In this document: piece by piece, positions 19,273-28,543 of the stretch | Layout: each line of letters begins with the position of its first letter | Position numbering within the stretch: the first letter of the stretch is position 1 | DNA from: a virus | Virus record (IMG/VR): IMGVR_UViG_3300032516_000013 | Coordinates: 26,333 to 90,332 of that record | Length of the DNA: 64,000 nt | Reading direction: 5' to 3' (one strand) | Notes under the pieces: model-generated | Seen by the model: the letters and a program-made list of their open reading frames with translations, nothing else | Told to the model about the DNA's origin: nothing | The model's database searches: none | Program-made: the position numbers and the translations under genes

Positions 19273-19312
19273 ACTCCTTTAATTCCTTGGTTATCCCTAA
19301 TTATTTTTAAGC

Positions 19313-21793
19313 TCACACTTCTTCAGGTTCATCCTTTATAAGATCTAACTCCTCTTCAACAACTTCCATTTCTGATTCTGGTTTGAACTCGACTATTGTC
19401 TTTGAAAACTTTAATTTCCAAGATCGAGCGTCTCTTTCTATTAACCAACCCGAACTAATGTCTTTGTCTCCTTTTCTCTTAGCTTCTAAAAGAGACTTAT
19501 CTCCAATCTTAATAGCTTCCTCATCATCTTGAACAGAAACTAAAGCTGGCAAATATGATCGAACATCCATGCTCTCAGTAGGACGCCTTCTTGTAAACAA
19601 TTTATCTCTTCGTTTTATTGCCTCATTTATTGCAACATCTGTTATGAGTTCATAATTAATATTTCCTGAACCCAATGTGTTATCCTCTGGTATAAGATTG
19701 CTATAAATGCTTTCAAATCCTGGCTTAGGAGGCTTCTTTTCTCCAGGTTGCTCTCCGGGTAATGCTGTAGGCTTTGCCGTTTCTTCTTTAGCCGCTTTAG
19801 CCGCAATCATTTGTTTTCTTAATTCATCTTCCTTTTGCATAACTTCAGGAGATTTAAAGAAATCTGTAATCTGGAAATCTTCCATCTTTAGAATCTTCTC
19901 ATTAAAATACTCCCAGATCTTCAGCATATCAATTCGATTACCAGCTACCTTTTTCAAAGTCTCAATAAATTTCCTAAATGAATCTATCCCAGAATTCAAA
20001 GACTTCATCATTTGAGCTTCTTCAGTTGAGGAAGTTTCAGACATATGAACTTCAAACAAAGCAGGATCCGGATCCATTCCCATATAAGCAAGATGTATCT
20101 GACATAGGCGAACAATGCCTGAAACTAGCGATCTCTGTAATCTTCTAGCAGATCTGGCGAATCGTATACCTAATTCTGATATAGCCTCAGAACCTAATGC
20201 TCCGGATGATTCCTTAGTAAATGCACCACCTAATGATGGAGAACATGCCATAGCAAATGCTAATTGATTCCTTAAGTTATCAACATCAACAATCCATCGA
20301 ATATCAGCCTCTCCTCCAACCTTCTCATACTTAAGATCATCAATGCTTCCCCACACAGGAACAAAAATATCTTCAATTGCAGTCAATGAATTTTGCTTGT
20401 TATCAAAACCAGGACTGCCATCTCTTGTATCAATAGCTCGAGCCTGAGTAATCAAAGTAGCATATTGATCCATCAAGCTACTAACAGCCTCAGCATTATT
20501 CATATCTACTTTCATCTTCCAAATATAACGAATAATGCCTCTTGTTACACGAGCTAACAGTAAACTATCCTCTGCTAATCGAAGTCTCTTATAAGCAGGT
20601 AATGCATTAAGAGCTATAGATGCTCCATATCTTGTATTTATCTGTTTAGTGTCTCCCCCTGTTACAAGATGGATTTGTCTCATCTCCGCATAACCAGGAT
20701 CGCCTCCAAATTTAGGTCTCTTCCTTTTAGTTCCAAGAAGTCTAAAATGCACATAATCCCATGGAGGAATCAATGCTTGAGATCTATCATCATATCCTGT
20801 CTGAGCAATACCCTGAGGTGTCCTATAGAATCCAACAAGCATTCCTTCCACTTCTACTCGACTTATATGCATTGGATAAACACCATCATCCAAAGAGATA
20901 ACTCCAATACCTGGAACTCCATTTGCTTTTATAAAGAGATCACCAAATGTAGCAACAGAAACAGCCCAGTCAAATATCTTCTCTTCTACTCCTACTTGAT
21001 CTAGAAAACTAGTAAGCTCCTTAGCATATGTATCGTTTTGAGAAGTCACCCAAACTGTTGCATTGTGGATGGGATTGAATGTCGTCGCAACATTCCCATA
21101 AAGATCAAGAGCAGGACCAACAAACCAATGCTCGCAATTACTTACAAAAACGCCAGCTTTCAATGGAAAGTTATGATTCTTCTCAGTTCTTAAACAGTAA
21201 ACATCCTCAAGATGAGGTAATTCCTGAACAATAACAACTTTATGATTCAAAAGACATTCCATTAATTTAGACATTAGGGAATCACCGGATTGAAGATACT
21301 GGGCTTCTTTATATGTTCCATCTCTCAGAAGAAATTTATGATCTAAGGTACAATCTATTTCTTCTCCATTATCCAAAGTAACTCTCACCAATTTAGAAGA
21401 TCTTCTAGTAAGACCAACAGCCATTATTTTATCTGGTTCTAATCCTAAAGTTTCTGGGTTAATACTCAAAGTGTATTTTCCAACAAAGTTCTCAGGATGT
21501 TCTGACATTTCTTTCAATGTTGGAGTTGTGTTGTTTAATAGATACACTTGGGTAGATCCTACAAAACAGGCTCTTTCCAGTTCCTGATACATTCCAAATC
21601 TATCAGCTGAAACTCTAACATCCTCCTCTATCGAACGCTGTAACATCTTAGCAGTCAACCCAGCTTTTTGTAACAGAAGAATTGCATCCTTATCTAACTT
21701 TTGTCCTACTCCACGAAAAGTATCAGCAGGAATCATCGGAGGTTTATCTGTTATACCTGGCAATAATTGAGTAAATGGATTTGTTGAAGGCAT
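19313..21793 (-). CDS. Portal protein (T4 gp20-like) containing an intein
   Basis: VHFRL, YGASI, LRLAEDSLLLARVTR...K.D, EDIFVP and DVDNLRNQL motifs of gp20-type portals. Confidence 0.88.
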   Translation of the reverse strand: MPSTNPFTQLLPGITDKPPMIPADTFRGVGQKLDKDAILLLQKAGLTAKMLQRSIEEDVRVSADRFGMYQELERACFVGSTQVYLLNNTTPTLKEMSEHPENFVGKYTLSINPETLGLEPDKIMAVGLTRRSSKLVRVTLDNGEEIDCTLDHKFLLRDGTYKEAQYLQSGDSLMSKLMECLLNHKVVIVQELPHLEDVYCLRTEKNHNFPLKAGVFVSNCEHWFVGPALDLYGNVATTFNPIHNATVWVTSQNDTYAKELTSFLDQVGVEEKIFDWAVSVATFGDLFIKANGVPGIGVISLDDGVYPMHISRVEVEGMLVGFYRTPQGIAQTGYDDRSQALIPPWDYVHFRLLGTKRKRPKFGGDPGYAEMRQIHLVTGGDTKQINTRYGASIALNALPAYKRLRLAEDSLLLARVTRGIIRYIWKMKVDMNNAEAVSSLMDQYATLITQARAIDTRDGSPGFDNKQNSLTAIEDIFVPVWGSIDDLKYEKVGGEADIRWIVDVDNLRNQLAFAMACSPSLGGAFTKESSGALGSEAISELGIRFARSARRLQRSLVSGIVRLCQIHLAYMGMDPDPALFEVHMSETSSTEEAQMMKSLNSGIDSFRKFIETLKKVAGNRIDMLKIWEYFNEKILKMEDFQITDFFKSPEVMQKEDELRKQMIAAKAAKEETAKPTALPGEQPGEKKPPKPGFESIYSNLIPEDNTLGSGNINYELITDVAINEAIKRRDKLFTRRRPTESMDVRSYLPALVSVQDDEEAIKIGDKSLLEAKRKGDKDISSGWLIERDARSWKLKFSKTIVEFKPESEMEVVEEELDLIKDEPEEV
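21137..21568 (-). mobile_element. Mini-intein (144 aa) in the portal
   Basis: Starts CFVGSTQVYL; block B CTLDHKF; block F DVYCL...HNF; ends VFVSN followed by Cys+1; no LAGLIDADG domain. Confidence 0.9.
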
Positions 21794-22038
21794 AGTTTCT
21801 ATCCCAAAAAGTTTGATGGTTAGTTATAAGAACAACTTGCTAATTAATAAATAAATGGAAATAAAGAGATAAAGGTGGAAAATAGAAATTTAATTAAGAA
21901 ACTTTTAATTCAAGTTCACTCATAAGCACATACCGCTCTACTTCCTGTTTAATTTTCTTAAACATTTCAAAAGCAACAATTTGAGCCGAAGTTGGATGAC
22001 TGCTACAGTCAAAAACTGATTGTGACTCAACATTTTCA

Positions 22039-22362
22039 TTACTTTCTTTTCTTAGATAATCGTTTCTTGTTTAGTCGAACTAACAGTTTATAAAACTCTA
22101 TTGGGTTATCCTCATAATCTATATCCCCTATACAATTAAAATTCTTATTTACTAAAATACCTGGGCACACAGTACATTCACCATTACTATAATCACAAAA
22201 ATAACAATCATTTTCTAAAGTATGCGGACTATATCCATTAGCAGTTAAATATAGATGTTTTAATTCTTCTATATCTTCTTCTGTAAGTCGTAGTCCTACT
22301 TGTGTAATCCACTTCCACATTCTAAGACACTCTGACCATGTTTTATTTAATGACATCTTCAT
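22039..22362 (-). CDS. Hypothetical Cys-rich phage protein
   Basis: CYFC...CTVCP. Confidence 0.55.
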   Translation of the reverse strand: MKMSLNKTWSECLRMWKWITQVGLRLTEEDIEELKHLYLTANGYSPHTLENDCYFCDYSNGECTVCPGILVNKNFNCIGDIDYEDNPIEFYKLLVRLNKKRLSKKRK

Positions 22363-22771
22363 AATCTTTCTCCTAAGTTAGTTCAAACAATAATAGTTGT
22401 TCATTAGGTTGTCTTAACATTTCTATATATCTTGTGGACAATTCCCAATACTACCCCAATGGTGCTTTAGGATTTTTAGTTGTTATACGAAATATATCAG
22501 AACTTATAACTGCTATTATTATACAGGGGTTCAAAGCATCTTCTTTCGCCTCTTTACACCAATCACTCTCAGGAAACAGTTTTACTCTATCACCAACTTT
22601 AAATTTAGTCCGGCCAATCATAGTCATTCCTTATTGCTAAAGTAAGATACTTTACTAATCCTTCAGCACGTTTCTTATTGTATGATTCTCTATACTTGGT
22701 ATATAAACATCTGTTTCAATACAAACTTACTTGTCTCCTTATCTTGTAATATCCAACCAAACTTTTTCATA

Positions 22772-22957
22772 TTATGTTATCTCCGGTGCTCTCTCTTTTC
22801 TTAATTCTTCACTTAACTCATTATTTGCAGTTTCTAAAGTTTGTAGTGCTTCCGCAGCCATTATGCATAAAACTAAATAAAATCCTTGAGATACTGGCTT
22901 ATCTGTATTTCCATATATCTTCAACACATTGATTAATGCTTGCGTAGATTCATCCAT
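22772..22957 (-). CDS. Hypothetical protein
   Basis: 61-aa ORF with GGAGG RBS. Confidence 0.5.
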   Translation of the reverse strand: MDESTQALINVLKIYGNTDKPVSQGFYLVLCIMAAEALQTLETANNELSEELRKERAPEIT

Positions 22958-23079
22958 TTTTAAACCCCCTCCAAAGTTACTTTAATCTTCACAACTATTT
23001 CTTGAGAATTTCTGTGTATACTTGCTACCGCAATTTTGTTCCTGCACGCACGCTCGTCAATAAATTGCCACATATCCAT

Positions 23080-23157
23080 TAAATCATAGCAAGGAGGGCT
23101 GATGTTAATAAGTCATCGAGCTTTTAAGGACTGTGCCACCTCCACGCTAATGATTTA
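23080..23157. ncRNA. Candidate structured RNA / long intergenic hairpin
   Basis: Nested complementarity TAAATCAT-AGC/GCTAATGATTTA, GGAGG-GC/GCC-A-CCTCC and GATG/CATC in a GC-richer intergenic gap. Confidence 0.35.
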
Positions 23158-23158
23158 T

Positions 23159-23446
23159 TCAATCTTCAATTGCCAAAACATCTTGCATGTCTATTATCCG
23201 GAGATTTTCATCCTTACTATCAAGTTCTTGTCCAGAAAAAGAAATTAAAACTCTATCCCCAACCTTTATAGACATAATATTCCTTTTTCCATTACCAAGA
23301 ATCCTACCAGGCCCAACTGCTCTCACCACACCAGTAGTTGGACTCTTCTTAGCAACTCCGGGAATAAGAATTCCTTTGTCTGTTCTATCTTTTGGAACAA
23401 TGTATTCCACCAATAATTTATCACCTAATAAAAGCTGAATGTTCAT
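23159..23446 (-). CDS. groES: Co-chaperonin GroES
   Basis: LGDKLLV...T.KGILIP....K.PTTG.V.AVGPG......IKVGDRVL...D.LAI. Confidence 0.9.
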   Translation of the reverse strand: MNIQLLLGDKLLVEYIVPKDRTDKGILIPGVAKKSPTTGVVRAVGPGRILGNGKRNIMSIKVGDRVLISFSGQELDSKDENLRIIDMQDVLAIED

Positions 23447-23772
23447 GATTTCTTTGTCCTAAAAATAAAATGATGAATTTTCCCCAAAAATGTAACAACA
23501 CTTACCTGCATATACGGCTCTTCTGCGGACATTGTCTGTGCTATATTTTCCCAATAAACCGCCTTAATAAAAGATTTCGGACCACCAACACAATTGAGTG
23601 ACATAAAAGTTGAGACCATCTCTCCCATTTTCAAAAAATTTCCGCTTCTTAATCCTGATTCAAACAAACCACTTAATCCATTATGAATATTATGAACTAT
23701 TGTATTCTCCACTATATAACCAGTTACTTCTGGAGAAGGAAGAGGAACAATTTTTGGACCTTCATCTCTCAT
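23443..23772 (-). CDS. Hypothetical protein
   Basis: Coupled to flanking ORFs. Confidence 0.55.
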   Translation of the reverse strand: MRDEGPKIVPLPSPEVTGYIVENTIVHNIHNGLSGLFESGLRSGNFLKMGEMVSTFMSLNCVGGPKSFIKAVYWENIAQTMSAEEPYMQVSVVTFLGKIHHFIFRTKKS

Positions 23773-24082
23773 CTGTTTTCTCAGGCTTTTTTACTTTCTT
23801 ATCCTCACTCTTTATCTTATACTCTGCTTCTTCCTTGGTGCAAGTAACTAAAACAGTTTTTCCAGGAAGAAATATTCGACATGCTACTTTTGTTTGAGAT
23901 TGTCCATCCGGACCCATCACTTCTAAAGGAATGATATCGGGAGCTAAATAGCAAACATGCTCAGCTACAATTGTAACTGACATATGACTTACTCGAATTT
24001 GCTTCTCACTAACTGGCTGAATAACTACTTCTGTAAACTCGACGAATCTCATGTTAGTTCTCCTTCTTAATGTCATCCACAT
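23762..24082 (-). CDS. Hypothetical protein
   Basis: ORF in the operon; start probably at MRFVE. Confidence 0.55.
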   Translation of the reverse strand: MWMTLRRRTNMRFVEFTEVVIQPVSEKQIRVSHMSVTIVAEHVCYLAPDIIPLEVMGPDGQSQTKVACRIFLPGKTVLVTCTKEEAEYKIKSEDKKVKKPEKTDER

Positions 24083-24253
24083 TAAACAAAAACTTTGCTT
24101 TCATCATATACACTTTCAATTGCTTCTTGTTATGTCCACAACAAATTCCTAAACAAAATACCTTTGGCTTTCGTTAGTGACCAAATAAATCATTTTCACG
24201 TTAACACTCATAAAAACATCACCATGTTTCCATTTTCTATTCATGTTTTTCTC

Positions 24254-24781
24254 CTAAAAGAATGTTTTACTATTTTTAACCCCCAATTCTTCTCGCACCC
24301 ATTGAGGATAAGATGATTCCATTTCCCAAGATCTTGTAATAGCATAAGGCAACTTAATTTCTGGATGCTCTTTTAACAATTTCGTAAGTTCCATATACAT
24401 TATATCATACTCTTGATCTGAGACTTCTGAACGAAATAAAACATAGTACAAGTAATCATATCTTGTTAGTTTTCTTTGAAGTTCAAAAATATGCTGCTCA
24501 ACTTCTTTTCCAGAAGTTTCAATTCTTGATTTTCCAACTTGTTTCGGTTCTTTCCATTCATATTTTTTAGGACGATTGATACAAGAACCGACAGAAGGCT
24601 GGAGATAATCTGGTTCAAAACTTAGAAACTCAGTTTCACATTTCCAACAATAAAATAAGCTGTAATACTTCCCATCCTTTTCAAGTGGTAAACAATTGCA
24701 TTGACACCAGTCATGCTCCTGACTAGCCATCAATTCGTCCCACCATGCTCGATGTTGTATTGGGTCAGTAAAGCAAGACAT
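24254..24781 (-). CDS. Stand-alone NAD-dependent ligase subdomain Ia (Nlig-Ia) with a Cys-rich N-terminus
   Basis: L...YDYLYYV....EVSDQEYD....EL..L..EHPE, with no adenylation domain. Confidence 0.7.
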   Translation of the reverse strand: MSCFTDPIQHRAWWDELMASQEHDWCQCNCLPLEKDGKYYSLFYCWKCETEFLSFEPDYLQPSVGSCINRPKKYEWKEPKQVGKSRIETSGKEVEQHIFELQRKLTRYDYLYYVLFRSEVSDQEYDIMYMELTKLLKEHPEIKLPYAITRSWEMESSYPQWVREELGVKNSKTFF

Positions 24782-24840
24782 TATTGTTTCCTAAAAGGGT
24801 GATCATTTTCATTTCTCTCATTTAGTTCTCTCTCATTATT

Positions 24841-24880
24841 TAAATTATACGGGATTTTTCAAGAAAACCAAATGAAAAAT
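24841..24880 (-). promoter_or_regulatory. Repeated sigma70-type (early) promoter, copy 1
   Basis: Minus strand CATTTGGTTTTCTTGAAAAATCCCGTATAATTTA; motif repeated six times. Confidence 0.7.
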
Positions 24881-24887
24881 TGAAAAA

Positions 24888-25718
24888 TCAAAAAAATATT
24901 TTTCTCTTATCTTTGAATGGTTTAATCCAAAGAACTTCTATTCTTTTATCTTCTTCATCACTTTTACCAACAAGAAAATTACTAACAACTTCCTTTTTAA
25001 GAACCTGCCAACCATTACTCTCTAAAGGCTTATAAATTTCATTTTCAAACCCACTCAAAACAACGTAGCCTTTCAAGCATAACAATCTTTCGATCAGTTC
25101 TGCGTGATCTGCATCAATCATTTCAAAATTATACCTACCTGATCTTCTAGTAGAATGAACATAAGGAGGATCAAGATAGAACAATGTTTCCAAAGAATCG
25201 TACTTTTCTAAAATATCTCGCCAGTCCAAATTCTCCAAAACAACTGATTGAAATCTTGAATGTATTTCCGGAAGACCTTTTATAATAGACAACCAAGCTG
25301 CTGCACTTCTGAATGATCTGCTCCAAGAATTATTATTTACAAATATTGCCCCAAATAAATTTCTCACCATAACGAACCATTTTGAAACTCTCTCTACTTT
25401 ATTCTCCTCTGATTGCCATGTTTTTAAACATTCATTAAATAGTTTTAAACTATAAGGCAAAACAGAAACTCTTCGATAAAACTGAGCAAAAAGATCTTCT
25501 TTACTAATAACATCAAAGAAATCATACAAAGCACTGTCTAAATCATTATAGATTTCTTCCCTTACATGTCTCTTTGCAATTAATAATCCTCCAGATCCAC
25601 CAAAAACTTCAACATATCTTTGATGTGGAACTGCTTCTAAAATAGGAAGTATCCAGTTCTGCAAATCCATCCTATTTTTTCCACCAAAAATTTTAATTGG
25701 TGATTTAAGTCTTGCCAT
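24888..25718 (-). CDS. D12-class (Dam-like) DNA adenine methyltransferase
   Basis: GGK, YVEVFGGSG, ND, YLDPPY; probable start MARLKSPI. Confidence 0.9.
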   Translation of the reverse strand: MARLKSPIKIFGGKNRMDLQNWILPILEAVPHQRYVEVFGGSGGLLIAKRHVREEIYNDLDSALYDFFDVISKEDLFAQFYRRVSVLPYSLKLFNECLKTWQSEENKVERVSKWFVMVRNLFGAIFVNNNSWSRSFRSAAAWLSIIKGLPEIHSRFQSVVLENLDWRDILEKYDSLETLFYLDPPYVHSTRRSGRYNFEMIDADHAELIERLLCLKGYVVLSGFENEIYKPLESNGWQVLKKEVVSNFLVGKSDEEDKRIEVLWIKPFKDKRKIFF

Positions 25719-25953
25719 TTTTTCTGAAATTGTTACATCTAAAACAAGGAATACTGTTTCTATCATAACGTGTGAATCTATGCAAACAAGATTGACAACA
25801 CTCAAATTCTGAAGTTCCAAATATGTAATTAACACAAAAATTTGAAAAGTCTAATTTACAAATTTTATGATGAAGGCATTTTGAGCAAGAAGTTTCTTTT
25901 TTAACAATAACATTAAACTCACATTCTCCGTATAACCAATGGGATATTTTCAT
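25705..25953 (-). CDS. Cys-rich hypothetical protein
   Basis: 82 aa with multiple CxxC; coupled to neighbours. Confidence 0.5.
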   Translation of the reverse strand: MKISHWLYGECEFNVIVKKETSCSKCLHHKICKLDFSNFCVNYIFGTSEFECCQSCLHRFTRYDRNSIPCFRCNNFRKNGKT

Positions 25954-26873
25954 TATTTAACTCCCTTCAATAACTCTGGTTCATTTCCTACTATCCAATA
26001 TACTATTTTTCCTTCATGAATTAAGGACTTTCCAATCAGATTCTTTTTAACCCAAGTAAATGTTTTCGCTTCGTAAACTGGATGAAATTTAATGTCTCCA
26101 AAGGAAATATCCTCTACCCTCTTTTCGTAAGTCATTCCTTCAGCAAACAGATCCATATAATTAAATGGATAATTCCAACAATTAACTCCTGTAAGCATCG
26201 CAAGATTTGAAAGTCTGTCTTGAACTTTCTTCTTACGACTAGGAGCAGTTCCTAACAACCAAACATGATTTACCTTCCTATTCCACTTCTGCAAGCCGTA
26301 GATTATCCCTGCAGCCGTGATCCCTGATCCACAGGTCACCGCTAAGTGTTCAATCTCTTCAGGTAGATTGTGAACTTGAATAGCTGTTGAATCATAAAAT
26401 GCCACAAGATTGTGAGGATCCTTGGAGTTCATCCCATAATTTACAATGAAATCACCATCCTCCTTTATCTTCTTAATTTCATGATAAAGAACCGAAGATC
26501 TTCCAGAATTTGCTATTTGAATCTCTGCTCCAAAGTGCTTAACCAACCGAGGCATGTGCTTTTCATCAAGATATTCCTTCTTTGTTCCTCCATAGAACAC
26601 AATACATTCCATGCCAAAATATTTGGATAGTGCTGCAATTATTGGTGCCTGCGGAGAGTTTAAAGAACATCCCGTTAAGATTCTCTTATAGCCTTGCTCT
26701 TTCGCTTGTGCTAAGAGAAATGCTCCTTGACGAAATTTGCCACCATTAACATTGCCAAGACCAAAAGGAGTAAACAAATCATCTCTCTTAAAGAATACAC
26801 CTTCAACCTCTTGAACTGGTGTTAATTCAAAGGCTCCAAGATCTTCTAATAATTGTTGAGAGGAAAGAATCAT
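25953..26873 (-). CDS. PLP-dependent enzyme (ACC deaminase/D-cysteine desulfhydrase fold)
   Basis: LTPV.....KRDD......GGK.R, SPQ, CGSGITAAG, P.YEAK, WIVG. Confidence 0.82.
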   Translation of the reverse strand: MILSSQQLLEDLGAFELTPVQEVEGVFFKRDDLFTPFGLGNVNGGKFRQGAFLLAQAKEQGYKRILTGCSLNSPQAPIIAALSKYFGMECIVFYGGTKKEYLDEKHMPRLVKHFGAEIQIANSGRSSVLYHEIKKIKEDGDFIVNYGMNSKDPHNLVAFYDSTAIQVHNLPEEIEHLAVTCGSGITAAGIIYGLQKWNRKVNHVWLLGTAPSRKKKVQDRLSNLAMLTGVNCWNYPFNYMDLFAEGMTYEKRVEDISFGDIKFHPVYEAKTFTWVKKNLIGKSLIHEGKIVYWIVGNEPELLKGVK

Positions 26874-26939
26874 TTGTTTAAATTATTCCTCCTATCAAAT
26901 CCGGTGCTCCATTCATGTCTGCTCCACTCAGTAAGGCTG

Positions 26940-27530
26940 CTAAGAGATCCGGTAAATATGCCGCAGGTCTGCTCCACGCAGGTCTGCTCCACTCAGGTTT
27001 GCTTCATTCATGTCTGCTCCATACAGGTTGGCTTCACACAGGTTTGCTCCACGCAGGTTTGCTCCATTCATGTCTGCTCCACTCAGGTTTGCTCCATACA
27101 GGTCTGCTCCATACAGGTCTGCTCCAATCAGGTTTGCTCCACTCAGGTTTGCTCCATACAGGTTTGCTCCACTCAGGTTTGCTCCATTCATGTCTGCTCC
27201 ACTCAGGTTTGCTCCATACAGGTCTGCTCCATACAGGTTTGCTCCACACAGGTTTGCTCCACTCAGGTTTGCTCCACTCAGGTTTGCTCCATACAGGTTT
27301 GCTCCACTCAGGTTGGCTTCACGCAGGTCTGCTCCATACATGTCTGCTCCACTCAGGTTTGCTCCACTCAGGTTTGCTCCATACAGGTCTGCTTCACGCA
27401 GGTTGGCTTCACGCAGGTCTGCTCCATACAGGTCTGCTCTACTCAGGTTTGCTCCATACAAGTTAGCTTTAGCTTTTATTTCATAACCATTTACATTCAC
27501 ATTCACTTCTGTTTTCTTTTTATTTTTCAT
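26940..27530 (-). CDS. Pentapeptide-repeat protein, copy A (3' end appears frameshifted)
   Basis: A(N/D)LxG repeats encoded by 15-bp units. Confidence 0.85.
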   Translation of the reverse strand: MKNKKKTEVNVNVNGYEIKAKANLYGANLSRADLYGADLREANLREADLYGANLSGANLSGADMYGADLREANLSGANLYGANLSGANLSGANLCGANLYGADLYGANLSGADMNGANLSGANLYGANLSGANLIGADLYGADLYGANLSGADMNGANLRGANLCEANLYGADMNEANLSGADLRGADLRHIYRIS

Positions 27531-27539
27531 ATCTTCTCC

Positions 27540-27555
27540 TATTTGCCTATTTGCC
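27540..27555 (-). repeat. 8-bp tandem repeat (GGCAAATA)x2 in the 5' leader
   Basis: Counted directly. Confidence 0.8.
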
Positions 27556-27569
27556 TTCTCTCACTAATT

Positions 27570-27610
27570 AAATTATACGGGATGATTTAGAAAAAGCCAA
27601 ATGAAATCTT
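27570..27610 (-). promoter_or_regulatory. Repeated early promoter, copy 2
   Basis: CATTTGGCTTTTTCTAAATCATCCCGTATAATTTA. Confidence 0.7.
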
Positions 27611-27640
27611 AGGAAAAAGAAAAATTTATTTTGTTAATTT

Positions 27641-27663
27641 GTGAAACAAACAATTTGCTTCAC
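27641..27663 (-). repeat. Repeated stem-loop GTGAAGCAAA-TTG-TTTGTTTCAC
   Basis: Identical 23-mer at 27641, 54156, 55067 and 63918, each just after a gene end. Confidence 0.75.
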
Positions 27664-27692
27664 TTGTTAGTTAACCAATAACAACACCTAAA

Positions 27693-28166
27693 TTAACAAA
27701 AATTATTTCCATCTGTTCTTTTGTAATTTTTTGCTCCATTCATGTCTGCTCCATACATGTCTGCTCCACGCAGGTTTGCTCCACGCAGGTTTGCTCCATA
27801 CATGTCTGCTCCACTCAGGTTTGCTCTACTCAGGTTTGCTCCAATCAGGTTTGCTCCACGCAGGTTTGCTCCATTCATGTCTGCTCCATTCATGTCTGCT
27901 CCATACAGGTTTGCTCCACTCAGGTTTGCTCCACTCAGGTCTGCTCCACGCAGGTTTGCTCCATACAGGTCTGCTCCATTCATGTCTGCTCCATACAGGT
28001 TTGCTCCACGCAGGTTTGCTCCACGCAGGTTGGCTTCACTCAGGTTTGCTTCATACAGGTCTGCTCCACGCAGTTCTACTCCACGCAGGTTTGCTCCATG
28101 CAAGTTAGCTTTAGCTTTTATTTTATAACCATTTACGTTCACTTCTGTTTTCTTTTTATTTTTCAT
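27693..28166 (-). CDS. Pentapeptide-repeat protein, copy B (C-terminus frameshifted by one extra A)
   Basis: Same N-terminus as copy C; A6 instead of A5 before the conserved tail. Confidence 0.85.
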   Translation of the reverse strand: MKNKKKTEVNVNGYKIKAKANLHGANLRGVELRGADLYEANLSEANLRGANLRGANLYGADMNGADLYGANLRGADLSGANLSGANLYGADMNGADMNGANLRGANLIGANLSRANLSGADMYGANLRGANLRGADMYGADMNGAKNYKRTDGNNFC

Positions 28167-28175
28167 ATCTTCTCC

Positions 28176-28247
28176 TATTTGCCTATTTGCCTATTTGCCT
28201 ATTTGCCTATTTGCCTATTTGCCTATTTGCCTATTTGCCTATTTGCC
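28176..28247 (-). repeat. 8-bp tandem repeat (GGCAAATA)x9
   Basis: 72 bp, counted directly. Confidence 0.9.
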
Positions 28248-28260
28248 TTCTCTCACTAAT

Positions 28261-28300
28261 TAAATTATACGAGATGAATTGAGAAAACCAAATGAAATCT
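28261..28300 (-). promoter_or_regulatory. Repeated early promoter, copy 3
   Basis: CATTTGGTTTTCTCAATTCATCTCGTATAATTTA. Confidence 0.7.
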
Positions 28301-28315
28301 TAGAAAAAGAAAAAT

Positions 28316-28534
28316 TTATTTTTGCACTATTTCAATTCCCTCTGGCACAGAAATAGGTCTTGTTCCATCAAGTGAAAAAATGAAATTAAGGCTGAGATCT
28401 TTTCCTATCTTTTTCAGATTCTCTATCATTTCTCCTAAAGATTCTGGATCTTCAAGCAATCTACTTCTGCTTATGGTGATCCAGTATATCTTTCCAGGTT
28501 CAAGAGATTTTATGTCTTCGATTTCAATGTTCAT
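28316..28534 (-). CDS. Hypothetical protein
   Basis: 72-aa ORF. Confidence 0.55.
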   Translation of the reverse strand: MNIEIEDIKSLEPGKIYWITISRSRLLEDPESLGEMIENLKKIGKDLSLNFIFSLDGTRPISVPEGIEIVQK

Positions 28535-28543
28535 ATTACATCC

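Noticed and set aside
27641-27680. Integron attC sites
   Set aside because: The hairpin is only 23 nt, has no proper RYYYAAC/GTTRRRY pair, and no integrase is present
26853-28128. Long plus-strand and alternate-frame ORFs over the pentapeptide genes (also 54245..54897)
   Set aside because: Shadows of a stop-free 15-bp repeat; only the minus frame has an RBS, a promoter and a known fold
28176-28247. CRISPR array
   Set aside because: Contiguous 8-bp and 15-bp tandem repeats with no unique spacers; no cas genes
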